DNA of 64,000 bases from positions 7,728 to 71,727 of the forward strand of contig JAZLFM010000028.1 of the NCBI GenBank assembly GCA_045615765.1. Direction: 5' to 3'. The translations under genes and the position numbers were made by a program. Positions 10,240 through 17,581 of this stretch are shown one piece after another. Positions within the stretch are counted from its first letter, which is position 1, and every line of letters begins with the position of its first letter. This DNA comes from Bacteroidales bacterium (lineage in GTDB: Bacteria > Bacteroidota > Bacteroidia > Bacteroidales > UBA1715). Under the pieces are notes generated by a model. That model saw only the letters and a program-made list of their open reading frames with translations. It did not search any database and was not told the DNA's origin.

Positions 10240-11043
10240 CTATAAATTTATTTCCGATTGAATGTTAAACCGTTCGGGTTGCAATAGCAATCCGTATCGT
10301 AACGGTAAACATGCGTGATCAAAAATTATATGCATTACATAACAAATATTTTGTCCTTTCAATGCAGCATGTCTAAACGATTTAATATTCCAATTCTGTT
10401 CGTCTAAATCTTCGGGGAAAAAATCAGTACACAAAATTTTCAATTGTTCATTCATGTTATTACAATATTCACCACCAATTGTTTTTTCCTCATCAATACT
10501 GTAATTATAGTAGATATAGGTATTAACAGTACATTCTTTATAATACTTTCTGCCACTTGCAAGCAATTTATTGACGTCGCACTTTATTGCCTCTTGTTGT
10601 TTGCGTGCTTTTGCCATTAGTTTTGTTAACACTTCATTGAGTTTTAACAATTTTGAAATATTTTCTTCTTTCCTGTCAAATTCATTAGCCTCCCTTATTT
10701 TTTTACATTTTTCCTCGATTTGTTTTTGAAAGTCAGACTTATAAGACGGTGTTCTTTGTAAATCTTCTACTGTTAATTTTGCATAGTCTATACAGGTTTG
10801 TATTTGCATATCAGCTATGTCTATAGTGTTCTGATATTGTTTCAATTCAAACATTGCATCTGTGAGATATTTAACCATATTGTCTGTAAGACTATCTAAC
10901 ATACCGTCTTCTTCTGCACCTGCTATAGTATTAACAATGGACAAATCATTCTCAATATACGTTGGTAGATTTCTATCATCAGGTATTTCAATATCAATAC
11001 AGCCACATATCCTTAACGAGGATAAATTCTTCTTTAAGCTCAT
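10240..11043 (-). CDS. Hypothetical protein with shared MxLKK leader (array gene 5)
   Basis: MSLKKNLSSLRICGCIDIE aligns with MNLKKIFDSKRICDGLDID of 13635..14489; central coiled coil. Confidence 0.8.
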   Translation of the reverse strand: MSLKKNLSSLRICGCIDIEIPDDRNLPTYIENDLSIVNTIAGAEEDGMLDSLTDNMVKYLTDAMFELKQYQNTIDIADMQIQTCIDYAKLTVEDLQRTPSYKSDFQKQIEEKCKKIREANEFDRKEENISKLLKLNEVLTKLMAKARKQQEAIKCDVNKLLASGRKYYKECTVNTYIYYNYSIDEEKTIGGEYCNNMNEQLKILCTDFFPEDLDEQNWNIKSFRHAALKGQNICYVMHIIFDHACLPLRYGLLLQPERFNIQSEINL

Positions 11044-11402
11044 AATCGTGTTTTTTTATATTTACAAATACAATGAGAATATTTATCTATTGATTTTAAA
11101 AAATTAACCATAGCCTCAACTTTTTCTATCCTTCTATTATAGCCTATGGGATAACTATTTAGAGATTCCTTATACTCATTTATACATTCATCTACTGCCT
11201 TACTTATAATTACCATATCATTTCAATAAAATTTCTCTAAACTCATCTATTGTATAATACCCTAAACCAATAGTCAAACCAATCTTGCTTTGTCCAATTC
11301 TTTGATATTTCTACCAATTCGTCATCAGACAATGTGTGATACGATTGTAATAATAGTTTTCTTTCTTCATTAGTTTGAAACTTAATGCCAACTTTCTCAC
11401 AT
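11040..11402 (-). pseudogene. Decayed small gene pair (antitoxin-like remnant plus 58-aa truncated ParE/RelE-like ORF at 11040..11216)
   Basis: Hand translation: KFQTNEERKLLLQSYHTLSDDELVEISKNWTKQDWFDYW, then a frameshift to GLGYYTIDEFREILLK-stop; 1 nt later MVIISKAVDECINEYKESL...CICKYKKTRL-stop. The TA assignment is inference. Confidence 0.45.
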
Positions 11403-11461
11403 TTATATATTACTTAATCGCCTTTATTCTATTTATTTAGTAATTATTGTGGAATAAAGAA

Positions 11462-12736
11462 TTACACTGCATATAAATATTCTATGTGTGGTTCTATGTT
11501 GTAATTTTCAATTATTTCTCTTGAAAAATCGTCTATCCAATCAAACATATCACTCTCATTTTTTGTTTTATAAAAAACTTTTTCGTTTTGAAACATAAAT
11601 CCATCTTTTCTTTCTTCAACAAAAGACTCTTTGTTCATTTTGTCAATATAAGTCTCATTACCCCTCCATATATATATGCTTGCATCAACTATTTCATCTC
11701 TGTTATTCCATAATAATTCTATTTCCGAAAATAAAAAATCATCCTTTAGACTATCTGTAATAAACCCTCCCTCATCTTTTGAACATACAATCGAAAACAA
11801 TGTACGCTCTTCCGTGCCAATTTCACCATATTTAACAGATAAAATATCATCAAGGTCTATAAGATTGCAATTACCTAACAAAATATCTTCTCTTATTTTT
11901 GTTAGTAAATTTTTATTTAAAGAATCATTTATTTCATTTAATGAGCATTTACTTTCTTTTTTATACATGTTTCTTATGCGTAAAGCCCTATCTATTTCCT
12001 CCCTTGAAGTTTTTTGACTTTTTTTAGTCCATCCATTAAAAAATACAACAATGTTTACTTTGTCAAACATAAATGCTATCCTATAGATATTAGAACTTTG
12101 CTTTGCTCTTAATTCATAAACATCCTCTATAAGTTTATCTACTTTCTGCTCATTTAATATTTTTTCTGTTTTAAGGTATTCTATTTTTTTGTCAATAGCT
12201 TTTTGTGCCTTTGGATACAACGAGTTATAATAATCAAAGAAATATTCTTTATAAGCAAAGACTTTTCTATAATACGTAACAGATTTTTTATCCATGTTGT
12301 CTGTGTTACTGTTCTGCAACTCTTCCAAACAATCATTCAATTCTTCTTCTGTTGGTGGAAAATCAATAATCTTTATATGTTCCAAAAAGCACCCTATATT
12401 GATTCTGCTTTCATTGAATATTAAATCAACGTCACTACAATTAGACATTGAAAATAAATATTTGTAATCTTCTAATAATTCTCCATCATTAGACAAATAA
12501 ATATTTATGCAACCTGACAATATCTCTCTCTTTACAAAATCATCAATATCATCTTCTATGTTAAAGCACAACAAGTTTTTTAATGTATTACAAATCTTTT
12601 TTTTATTCAAATCAAAGTGTTCTTTGTGTACACATAAATCAACTATATGCTTCATAATTTGTTCCAATGAAACATAACATTGCTGCTCAAAAATATTTTT
12701 GTCATCATAATCATCAACAATCTTCTTTAAATTCAC
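11462..12736 (-). CDS. Mosaic protein with shared leader containing a HigB/Gp49 (RelE-fold) toxin domain and a HigA-N-like peptide (array gene 4)
   Basis: GTG start MNLKKIVDD; aa ~156-261 contain YELRAK-x-x-SNIYRI...FFNGWTKKSQKT-x-REEI-x-RA; aa ~292-314 read LDDILSVKYGEIGTEER. Confidence 0.8.
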   Translation of the reverse strand: MNLKKIVDDYDDKNIFEQQCYVSLEQIMKHIVDLCVHKEHFDLNKKKICNTLKNLLCFNIEDDIDDFVKREILSGCINIYLSNDGELLEDYKYLFSMSNCSDVDLIFNESRINIGCFLEHIKIIDFPPTEEELNDCLEELQNSNTDNMDKKSVTYYRKVFAYKEYFFDYYNSLYPKAQKAIDKKIEYLKTEKILNEQKVDKLIEDVYELRAKQSSNIYRIAFMFDKVNIVVFFNGWTKKSQKTSREEIDRALRIRNMYKKESKCSLNEINDSLNKNLLTKIREDILLGNCNLIDLDDILSVKYGEIGTEERTLFSIVCSKDEGGFITDSLKDDFLFSEIELLWNNRDEIVDASIYIWRGNETYIDKMNKESFVEERKDGFMFQNEKVFYKTKNESDMFDWIDDFSREIIENYNIEPHIEYLYAV

Positions 12737-12785
12737 ATCTTATCTTTTTGTTTTTTAATCCTATAATATTCTACACCTCAAAAAA

Positions 12786-13154
12786 CTAATCATGAATCTG
12801 ATTCCAAACGTTCAGAGCATTCTTTTTGTTTGTTATCGAATCTTCAATGAAACATTTTGAATCAAGCCATTTGTTTACATTGTTGCACATATAGTCAAAA
12901 ATGTTTTTCTCTGCTCCTTTAGTTTTAACTTCAAGTATTGAACCATCCTCTATGAGAAAAGAAACATTCCATCCATCCCTTATTATATGGAAATGAGGAG
13001 GATTATGGTCATTGCTCCACATCTTAACTTCCCAAGTGCTGTAAGGAAATACACCTTTGCTGTTTTCTTCCTTGTTGATTCTTGCCATATCAACTATCGG
13101 AATAAAACCATTCAAAGTAGTAGTAGTACCTTCAAAAATCTTCTTTAGGCTCAT
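12786..13154 (-). CDS. DUF4160-family protein with shared leader (array gene 3)
   Basis: Start moved to MSLKKIFEG; WSNDHNPPHFHI motif and W-x-x-IH end typical of DUF4160. Confidence 0.8.
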   Translation of the reverse strand: MSLKKIFEGTTTTLNGFIPIVDMARINKEENSKGVFPYSTWEVKMWSNDHNPPHFHIIRDGWNVSFLIEDGSILEVKTKGAEKNIFDYMCNNVNKWLDSKCFIEDSITNKKNALNVWNQIHD

Positions 13155-13237
13155 AATCGTATTTTTTATTTTCAACTTTCTATATATAGAAATACTATAG
13201 TTCTAAATAATTAGGCATGGGCAAATCAATTATATGT

Positions 13238-13612
13238 TTAATCTATTCGTTTTATGTTATTGAACAATTCTTCCTCATATATTTCATCATTGTAGTACTT
13301 AATCAGCACATCGTAGTTCTTGATTATCCATTGTTTTATTCTGTTAATTTCTTTTGCTCCAAGTATAGTCGTGTCATAATCTACCAATACTTGTGGATTT
13401 TTTTTGTCAATAGATATAGGTATTAAAAATTCCTTTTGGAACCTATCTGATGTATTGTTCTGAAACTTTATGCGAGGTTGATTATGTTTACCAGTATTAT
13501 TGCCGAAGTTCGGCGAAACCAATATCAAACATGTTAATCCACTACACCCCTTTGTGATACGAGCCATATCACATATTGGCTCCACACTATCAAAAATCTT
13601 CTTTAGGTTCAT
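13238..13612 (-). CDS. DUF4160-like protein with shared leader (array gene 2)
   Basis: MNLKKIFDSVEPICDMARI; H-x-x-PRIK motif and IKQWIIKNYDVLIKYY helix, similar to the DUF4160 architecture. Confidence 0.65.
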   Translation of the reverse strand: MNLKKIFDSVEPICDMARITKGCSGLTCLILVSPNFGNNTGKHNQPRIKFQNNTSDRFQKEFLIPISIDKKNPQVLVDYDTTILGAKEINRIKQWIIKNYDVLIKYYNDEIYEEELFNNIKRID

Positions 13613-13634
13613 AATCGTATTTCTTATTTGAGAA

Positions 13635-14489
13635 TCAATGTAATTCTGTAAAAAGTGTGAAAAATATTATCTCTTTCGGTGTAAATGTTTCAAGAAGTGC
13701 TATTGATGAATCAGACAGTGTTTTTTGTGTTGTTATAGTGTCATCTACAATCAAGATTCTTTTATTATTTATTTTTCCTGTTATTTCATTGCTTATTGCG
13801 ACATCATTAGGCACCTCCATAGATACTGGCATATATTTACATATTCTTGAATCTTCAAAAAACTTATATGAAAACTTATCATTATTATTTTTTCTCATAT
13901 CATGAAATGCTATCCTTATTTTTTCTTTGATTTCATTTCGTTCTCTTTCAGAGAAATTTTCAAGTAAACTATCTTCATCTAACAAATAATCTTGTACATA
14001 AGATGCTTTATGTTTCATAAAAAATCCCTTTATTAAATCCCCCCCTTTAATTCTTTTTATACACGTTGCAAGATATTTGTTTAATTTACTTGAAGATGGT
14101 ATATAAATTATAGTGTCAAAAGGTTCATTAAATTCTTTTGTTACAGCAACAAATCTTCTCAATAATGCCAAAATATCATACTCAGGATTTGCAAATCTCC
14201 ATTTAGAAGTTGAACTTTTTGTTTTTTTTAACTCTTCTTCTGTTTTGTCATAATTTTTTAGAGCATAAATCAATGGATTACCATCACTCCCATCTGATGA
14301 CATTTTTCTTTCAAAAACAGAAACAACCTTGCATCCATTCATTGTGCTATAAAAAGGTTTAGGATTATATAAATCATTTGTATTAACATTATTCTGATGA
14401 TTGGGATTAAATGAAACTACAAAATTAATATCATCAATATCAAGACCATCACATATCCGCTTACTATCAAAAATCTTCTTTAAGTTCAT
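13635..14489 (-). CDS. Type I phosphoribosyltransferase-family protein with shared leader (array gene 1)
   Basis: MNLKKIFDS leader; DGNPLIYALK, IYIPSSS and PRPP-binding RILIVDDTITT motif. Confidence 0.8.
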   Translation of the reverse strand: MNLKKIFDSKRICDGLDIDDINFVVSFNPNHQNNVNTNDLYNPKPFYSTMNGCKVVSVFERKMSSDGSDGNPLIYALKNYDKTEEELKKTKSSTSKWRFANPEYDILALLRRFVAVTKEFNEPFDTIIYIPSSSKLNKYLATCIKRIKGGDLIKGFFMKHKASYVQDYLLDEDSLLENFSERERNEIKEKIRIAFHDMRKNNNDKFSYKFFEDSRICKYMPVSMEVPNDVAISNEITGKINNKRILIVDDTITTQKTLSDSSIALLETFTPKEIIFFTLFTELH

Positions 14490-14611
14490 AATTTTAGTTA
14501 AATATTATTTTTTATTAAACTTTCTTATATATACAAATTAGAATTGATGTTTTTAACAACAGTAAATTCCATCCCGAATTGAAAGTTGAGCATAATCAGT
14601 AAGCTTTGCTA

Positions 14612-14646
14612 CAAAGGTATCTCTTGACTATGCGAAATCACCGCAC
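14612..14646 (-). promoter_or_regulatory. Promoter of the leader array: same 20-bp motif, 7-bp spacer, -7 box
   Basis: Minus strand GTGCGGTGATTTCGCATAGT-N7-TACCTTTG. Confidence 0.75.
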
Positions 14647-14678
14647 ACATAAAAAAATTAAGTTTGTAATTCTATTTT

Positions 14679-14705
14679 TATGGACGGAGCAAAGCCCCGT
14701 CCACA
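14679..14705. repeat. GC-rich hairpin (REP-like or transcript-end element) after the RtcB operon
   Basis: TGGACGGAGC-AAA-GCCCCGTCCA inverted repeat; no U-tract on the minus strand. Confidence 0.55.
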
Positions 14706-14710
14706 GTAGT

Positions 14711-14887
14711 TTAACAATATCGCTTTTTGTGTTTGCCACCACGGGCATGTTTCTTTTTGTCACCAACCCAATAATAAAGGGAAATCTGCTTCCCATATTT
14801 TGCAAGCTCTTCTTCACGCGATTTTTTGCGTGCAGCTTTTACCGCTGCAATTGTCGGGTCTATTATTTTTTTCTTCTTATTTTTCAT
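14711..14887 (-). CDS. Small highly basic protein (58 aa), candidate ArfA-like ribosome-rescue factor
   Basis: MKNKKKK...KAARKKSREEELAKYGKQIS...KKKHARGGKHKK; starts 1 nt after the RtcB stop. Confidence 0.65.
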   Translation of the reverse strand: MKNKKKKIIDPTIAAVKAARKKSREEELAKYGKQISLYYWVGDKKKHARGGKHKKRYC

Positions 14888-14888
14888 A

Positions 14889-15953
14889 TTATTTCCTCCA
14901 AAATCGTACATCTTCAGCCGCCTTATAATTATACACTGGTCGTATGATTTTAACAACCTCAACAGTGGCTTGTATTCTTTCAACAATTGCATCCATGGGT
15001 TTATAGGCAAAAGGAGACTCATCGAGCGTGCGTTCATTTACAGTCGTGGAATAAATCCCCTGCATTGCCTGTTCGTATTCCTCTACCGTAATAATTTTTC
15101 GTGCCTCGCCTCTCGACAATAATCGCCCTGCACCATGAGGAGCGGAACAATTCCAGTCTTCGTTTCCTTTACCCACACACAAAAGACTTCCATCTCGCAT
15201 ATTCATTGGAATTATAAGTTGCTCACCTATTTGAGCAGAAATCGCTCCCTTACGAACAATTCTACGACGAGTATCTATATAATTATGCAATGTTTCAAAA
15301 TGCTCAAAATCTTTTAGGTGTTTCCCCTTCCAATATTTCGAAATAATAATTTCTGCAATAGTTTCACGGTTTAAACGGGCAAATTCACCACAGATTTTCA
15401 CATCGTTTATGTAGTTCAACATATCGCGACCTTCAATATAACCTTCGTCAGTCAGGCTTGCATAAAAAGCACAAACTTGCTTACCTAAGTTTCGAGAACC
15501 TGTATGAATCACGAGATAACAATTTTGCTCATCATCTTGATCAATCTCAATAAAATGATTTCCGCCGCCTAACGTTCCGATGCTTCGCAAAATATACTTG
15601 CTATTATCAATTGCAGAGAAACATTTCAGTTTTTTTAGATTGAAATCTGCAATTTTTTCGTCTCTAATTTTTAGACCTGACGGAATTTTCAATTGCACAA
15701 TCTTATCTAACTTCGGAAATTCAATCTCTACTTGGCCGAGTTTCACCACTTCCATTCCACAGCAGATATCGTTTCCAACTGCCTGAGGATCAATAATATC
15801 GGTATATGTAGCCGTAAAACCAACCACACCGCCAACTCCGGCATGGCAATCTGGCATTATGCGAATTTTCTCCTCATTATAAGCCAGAGAATTTGCAATC
15901 ATATCTATTTGTGCACGACAATCTATATTGTCTGCAAATATTTGTATATCCAT
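14889..15953 (-). CDS. rtcB: RtcB-family RNA ligase (copy 2 in transcription order)
   Basis: MPDCHAG, DICCG, GGGNHF, IHTGSR, HNY, RKGA, PHGAGR, DESP-x-AYK; start placed at MDIQIF. Confidence 0.93.
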   Translation of the reverse strand: MDIQIFADNIDCRAQIDMIANSLAYNEEKIRIMPDCHAGVGGVVGFTATYTDIIDPQAVGNDICCGMEVVKLGQVEIEFPKLDKIVQLKIPSGLKIRDEKIADFNLKKLKCFSAIDNSKYILRSIGTLGGGNHFIEIDQDDEQNCYLVIHTGSRNLGKQVCAFYASLTDEGYIEGRDMLNYINDVKICGEFARLNRETIAEIIISKYWKGKHLKDFEHFETLHNYIDTRRRIVRKGAISAQIGEQLIIPMNMRDGSLLCVGKGNEDWNCSAPHGAGRLLSRGEARKIITVEEYEQAMQGIYSTTVNERTLDESPFAYKPMDAIVERIQATVEVVKIIRPVYNYKAAEDVRFWRK

Positions 15954-16172
15954 ATCTTTGTTTTTCGTAATAACAATGTGTACATCATCATTACAATTCG
16001 TAAAAATTTGATTATTTAAGACGGACTTACCGCCTTCTTGTGGATAAAATAATACCACTACCACGCATTCTACATACGTAGTTCACAGAAAAAATAGAAT
16101 GATTGCTTATAAAGTTTTTCTCATTGCGAGACAAAAATAATAAAATTTTTGAAATACAAAAACGGTAAAATA

Positions 16173-16203
16173 TTGTAGAGACAGAATTATCACATCTCTA
16201 CAA
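16173..16203. repeat. REP-like palindrome between the two rtcB genes
   Basis: TTGTAGAGA-N13-TCTCTACAA with GTAG/CTAC ends. Confidence 0.5.
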
Positions 16204-16220
16204 CACTCACACACAAATAT

Positions 16221-17396
16221 TTACAATCCTTTTACTACTGCCATAGGTGAAAGTTCTGTAATAATCTTCACCAAGTCGGTCTGATTTGCCATAACCTCTT
16301 CTATGTTTTTGTAGGCGCCGGCAGCTTCCTCCAGATCTTTCCTATTGCGTATGGCATGAACTATTCCCTGCTCTTCCAAACGTTTTATCTCATCGTCCAA
16401 CGACAACGTATTGACAGCAGCAGTACGGCTTAATAATCTTCCTGCACCATGTGATGAACTTTCAAAACTATCGGGATGCCCCAATCCTTCCACTATATAT
16501 GATTTTGTACCCTGTGAACCTGGTATAATACCTATTGTACCTAACGATGCACGAACTGCCCCTTTACGATGAACGATTACATCTTCATCGAAATGATGTT
16601 CCCATGCTGCATAATTGTGTGCAATATTTATCATAGGTTCAAAAATCACATGCGGAAAATTATTCTGAAAAATTTCCTGAATCCGTTCCATCATCAATTG
16701 TCTATTCGCCAAAGCGAACTCAACACAATAGTTCATCTCATTCCAATAATCGTGGAACTCCCGCGAATATTTCGGAAGAAAAGCCAATTTACTATCTAAA
16801 TTTATAGCAGAGTGCCACATTTTATTGAGATTTTGCGCTTTTTCATCGTAATAATCACACACTTTCTTTCCTAAATTCCGACTACCACTATGCAACATTA
16901 TCCACACAAAGCCATCGTTATCTTTTTGTATTTCAATAAAATGGTTACCCCCACCAAGTGTTCCCAATTGTTTTAATGCTGACGTATATTGACGTTTTAC
17001 AACCGTCATAGAATCAATATCAAAATCTTTAGGCATACGATTTTCATCTTGTGCAGTTTTATGGTGTTCCATACCAAGTGGAATACGCTTACGTATATCT
17101 CTTAAAATCCCTTTTCTTAAAATATCACCCGTCATTTCTTCCACACGGATATTTGTCTTTACGGCACACATTCCACAACCGATATCGACCCCAACAGCAT
17201 TGGGAACAACAACATCTTTTGTTGCCAATACGCCGCCAATCGGCATTCCTTTACCACCATGAGCATCTGGCATAAGAGCAAAATGATGAAACATAAATGG
17301 TAATGAACAAATATTTACAACCTCTTGCCATGCATGGCCATCAAGTGTTTTCGCCCACATTTTTACCGGCACATCGTTAATTAAAAGATTTTCCAT
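16221..17396 (-). CDS. rtcB: RtcB-family RNA ligase (copy 1 in transcription order)
   Basis: MPDAHGG, GVDIGCG, GGGNHF, LHSGSR, HNY, HRKGA, SHGAGR, AYK; true start MENLL at 17396 because the track extension reads through a tRNA. Confidence 0.95.
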   Translation of the reverse strand: MENLLINDVPVKMWAKTLDGHAWQEVVNICSLPFMFHHFALMPDAHGGKGMPIGGVLATKDVVVPNAVGVDIGCGMCAVKTNIRVEEMTGDILRKGILRDIRKRIPLGMEHHKTAQDENRMPKDFDIDSMTVVKRQYTSALKQLGTLGGGNHFIEIQKDNDGFVWIMLHSGSRNLGKKVCDYYDEKAQNLNKMWHSAINLDSKLAFLPKYSREFHDYWNEMNYCVEFALANRQLMMERIQEIFQNNFPHVIFEPMINIAHNYAAWEHHFDEDVIVHRKGAVRASLGTIGIIPGSQGTKSYIVEGLGHPDSFESSSHGAGRLLSRTAAVNTLSLDDEIKRLEEQGIVHAIRNRKDLEEAAGAYKNIEEVMANQTDLVKIITELSPMAVVKGL

Positions 17397-17413
17397 AACA
17401 AACACTATTTTTG

Positions 17414-17487
17414 TACAGCGTGCGGGAGTCGAACCCGCGATATCCAGGATGAAAACCTGACGTCCTTGACCACTAGACGAACGCTGC
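17414..17487 (-). tRNA. tRNA-Glu(TTC)
   Basis: GCAGCGT acceptor/ACGCTGT, D-arm GTCTAGTGGTCAAGGAC, anticodon loop TT-TTC-AT, T-arm GCGGG-TTCGACT-CCCGC; CCA not encoded. Confidence 0.9.
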
Positions 17488-17492
17488 ATTTG

Positions 17493-17564
17493 TAGTCGGT
17501 AGAGGAATCGAACCTCTATCCTAAAATCCGTAGTTTTATGTTCTATCCATTGAACTAACCGACC
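17493..17564 (-). tRNA. tRNA-Arg(ACG)
   Basis: GGTCGGT/ACCGACT acceptor, GTTC-AATGGATA-GAAC D-arm, TAAAA-CTACGGA-TTTTA anticodon arm, AGAGG-TTCGATT-CCTCT T-arm; CCA not encoded. Confidence 0.88.
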
Positions 17565-17581
17565 TTTGAACTTTCGTTGAG

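Noticed and set aside
10240-14489. TAG-to-Gln recoding (as in Lak-type phages) in the phage-like array
   Set aside because: All five ORFs are full length in code 11; reading through the TAG at 12786 meets further stops within a few codons.
10198-14646. Intact prophage or integrative element bounded by attL/attR
   Set aside because: No integrase, structural or replication gene; both repeat copies sit at a fixed distance from promoter boxes, which fits a regulatory site better (kept as an alternative in findings).
14889-17396. RtcB2-PrfH ribosome repair system
   Set aside because: No release-factor homolog with a GGQ motif next to either rtcB; the SGGQ in 9634..10164 belongs to a SLOG motif.
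17397-17489. N-terminal extension of RtcB in the ORF track (MQRSSSGQG...)
   Set aside because: It is a translation of the tRNA-Glu gene.
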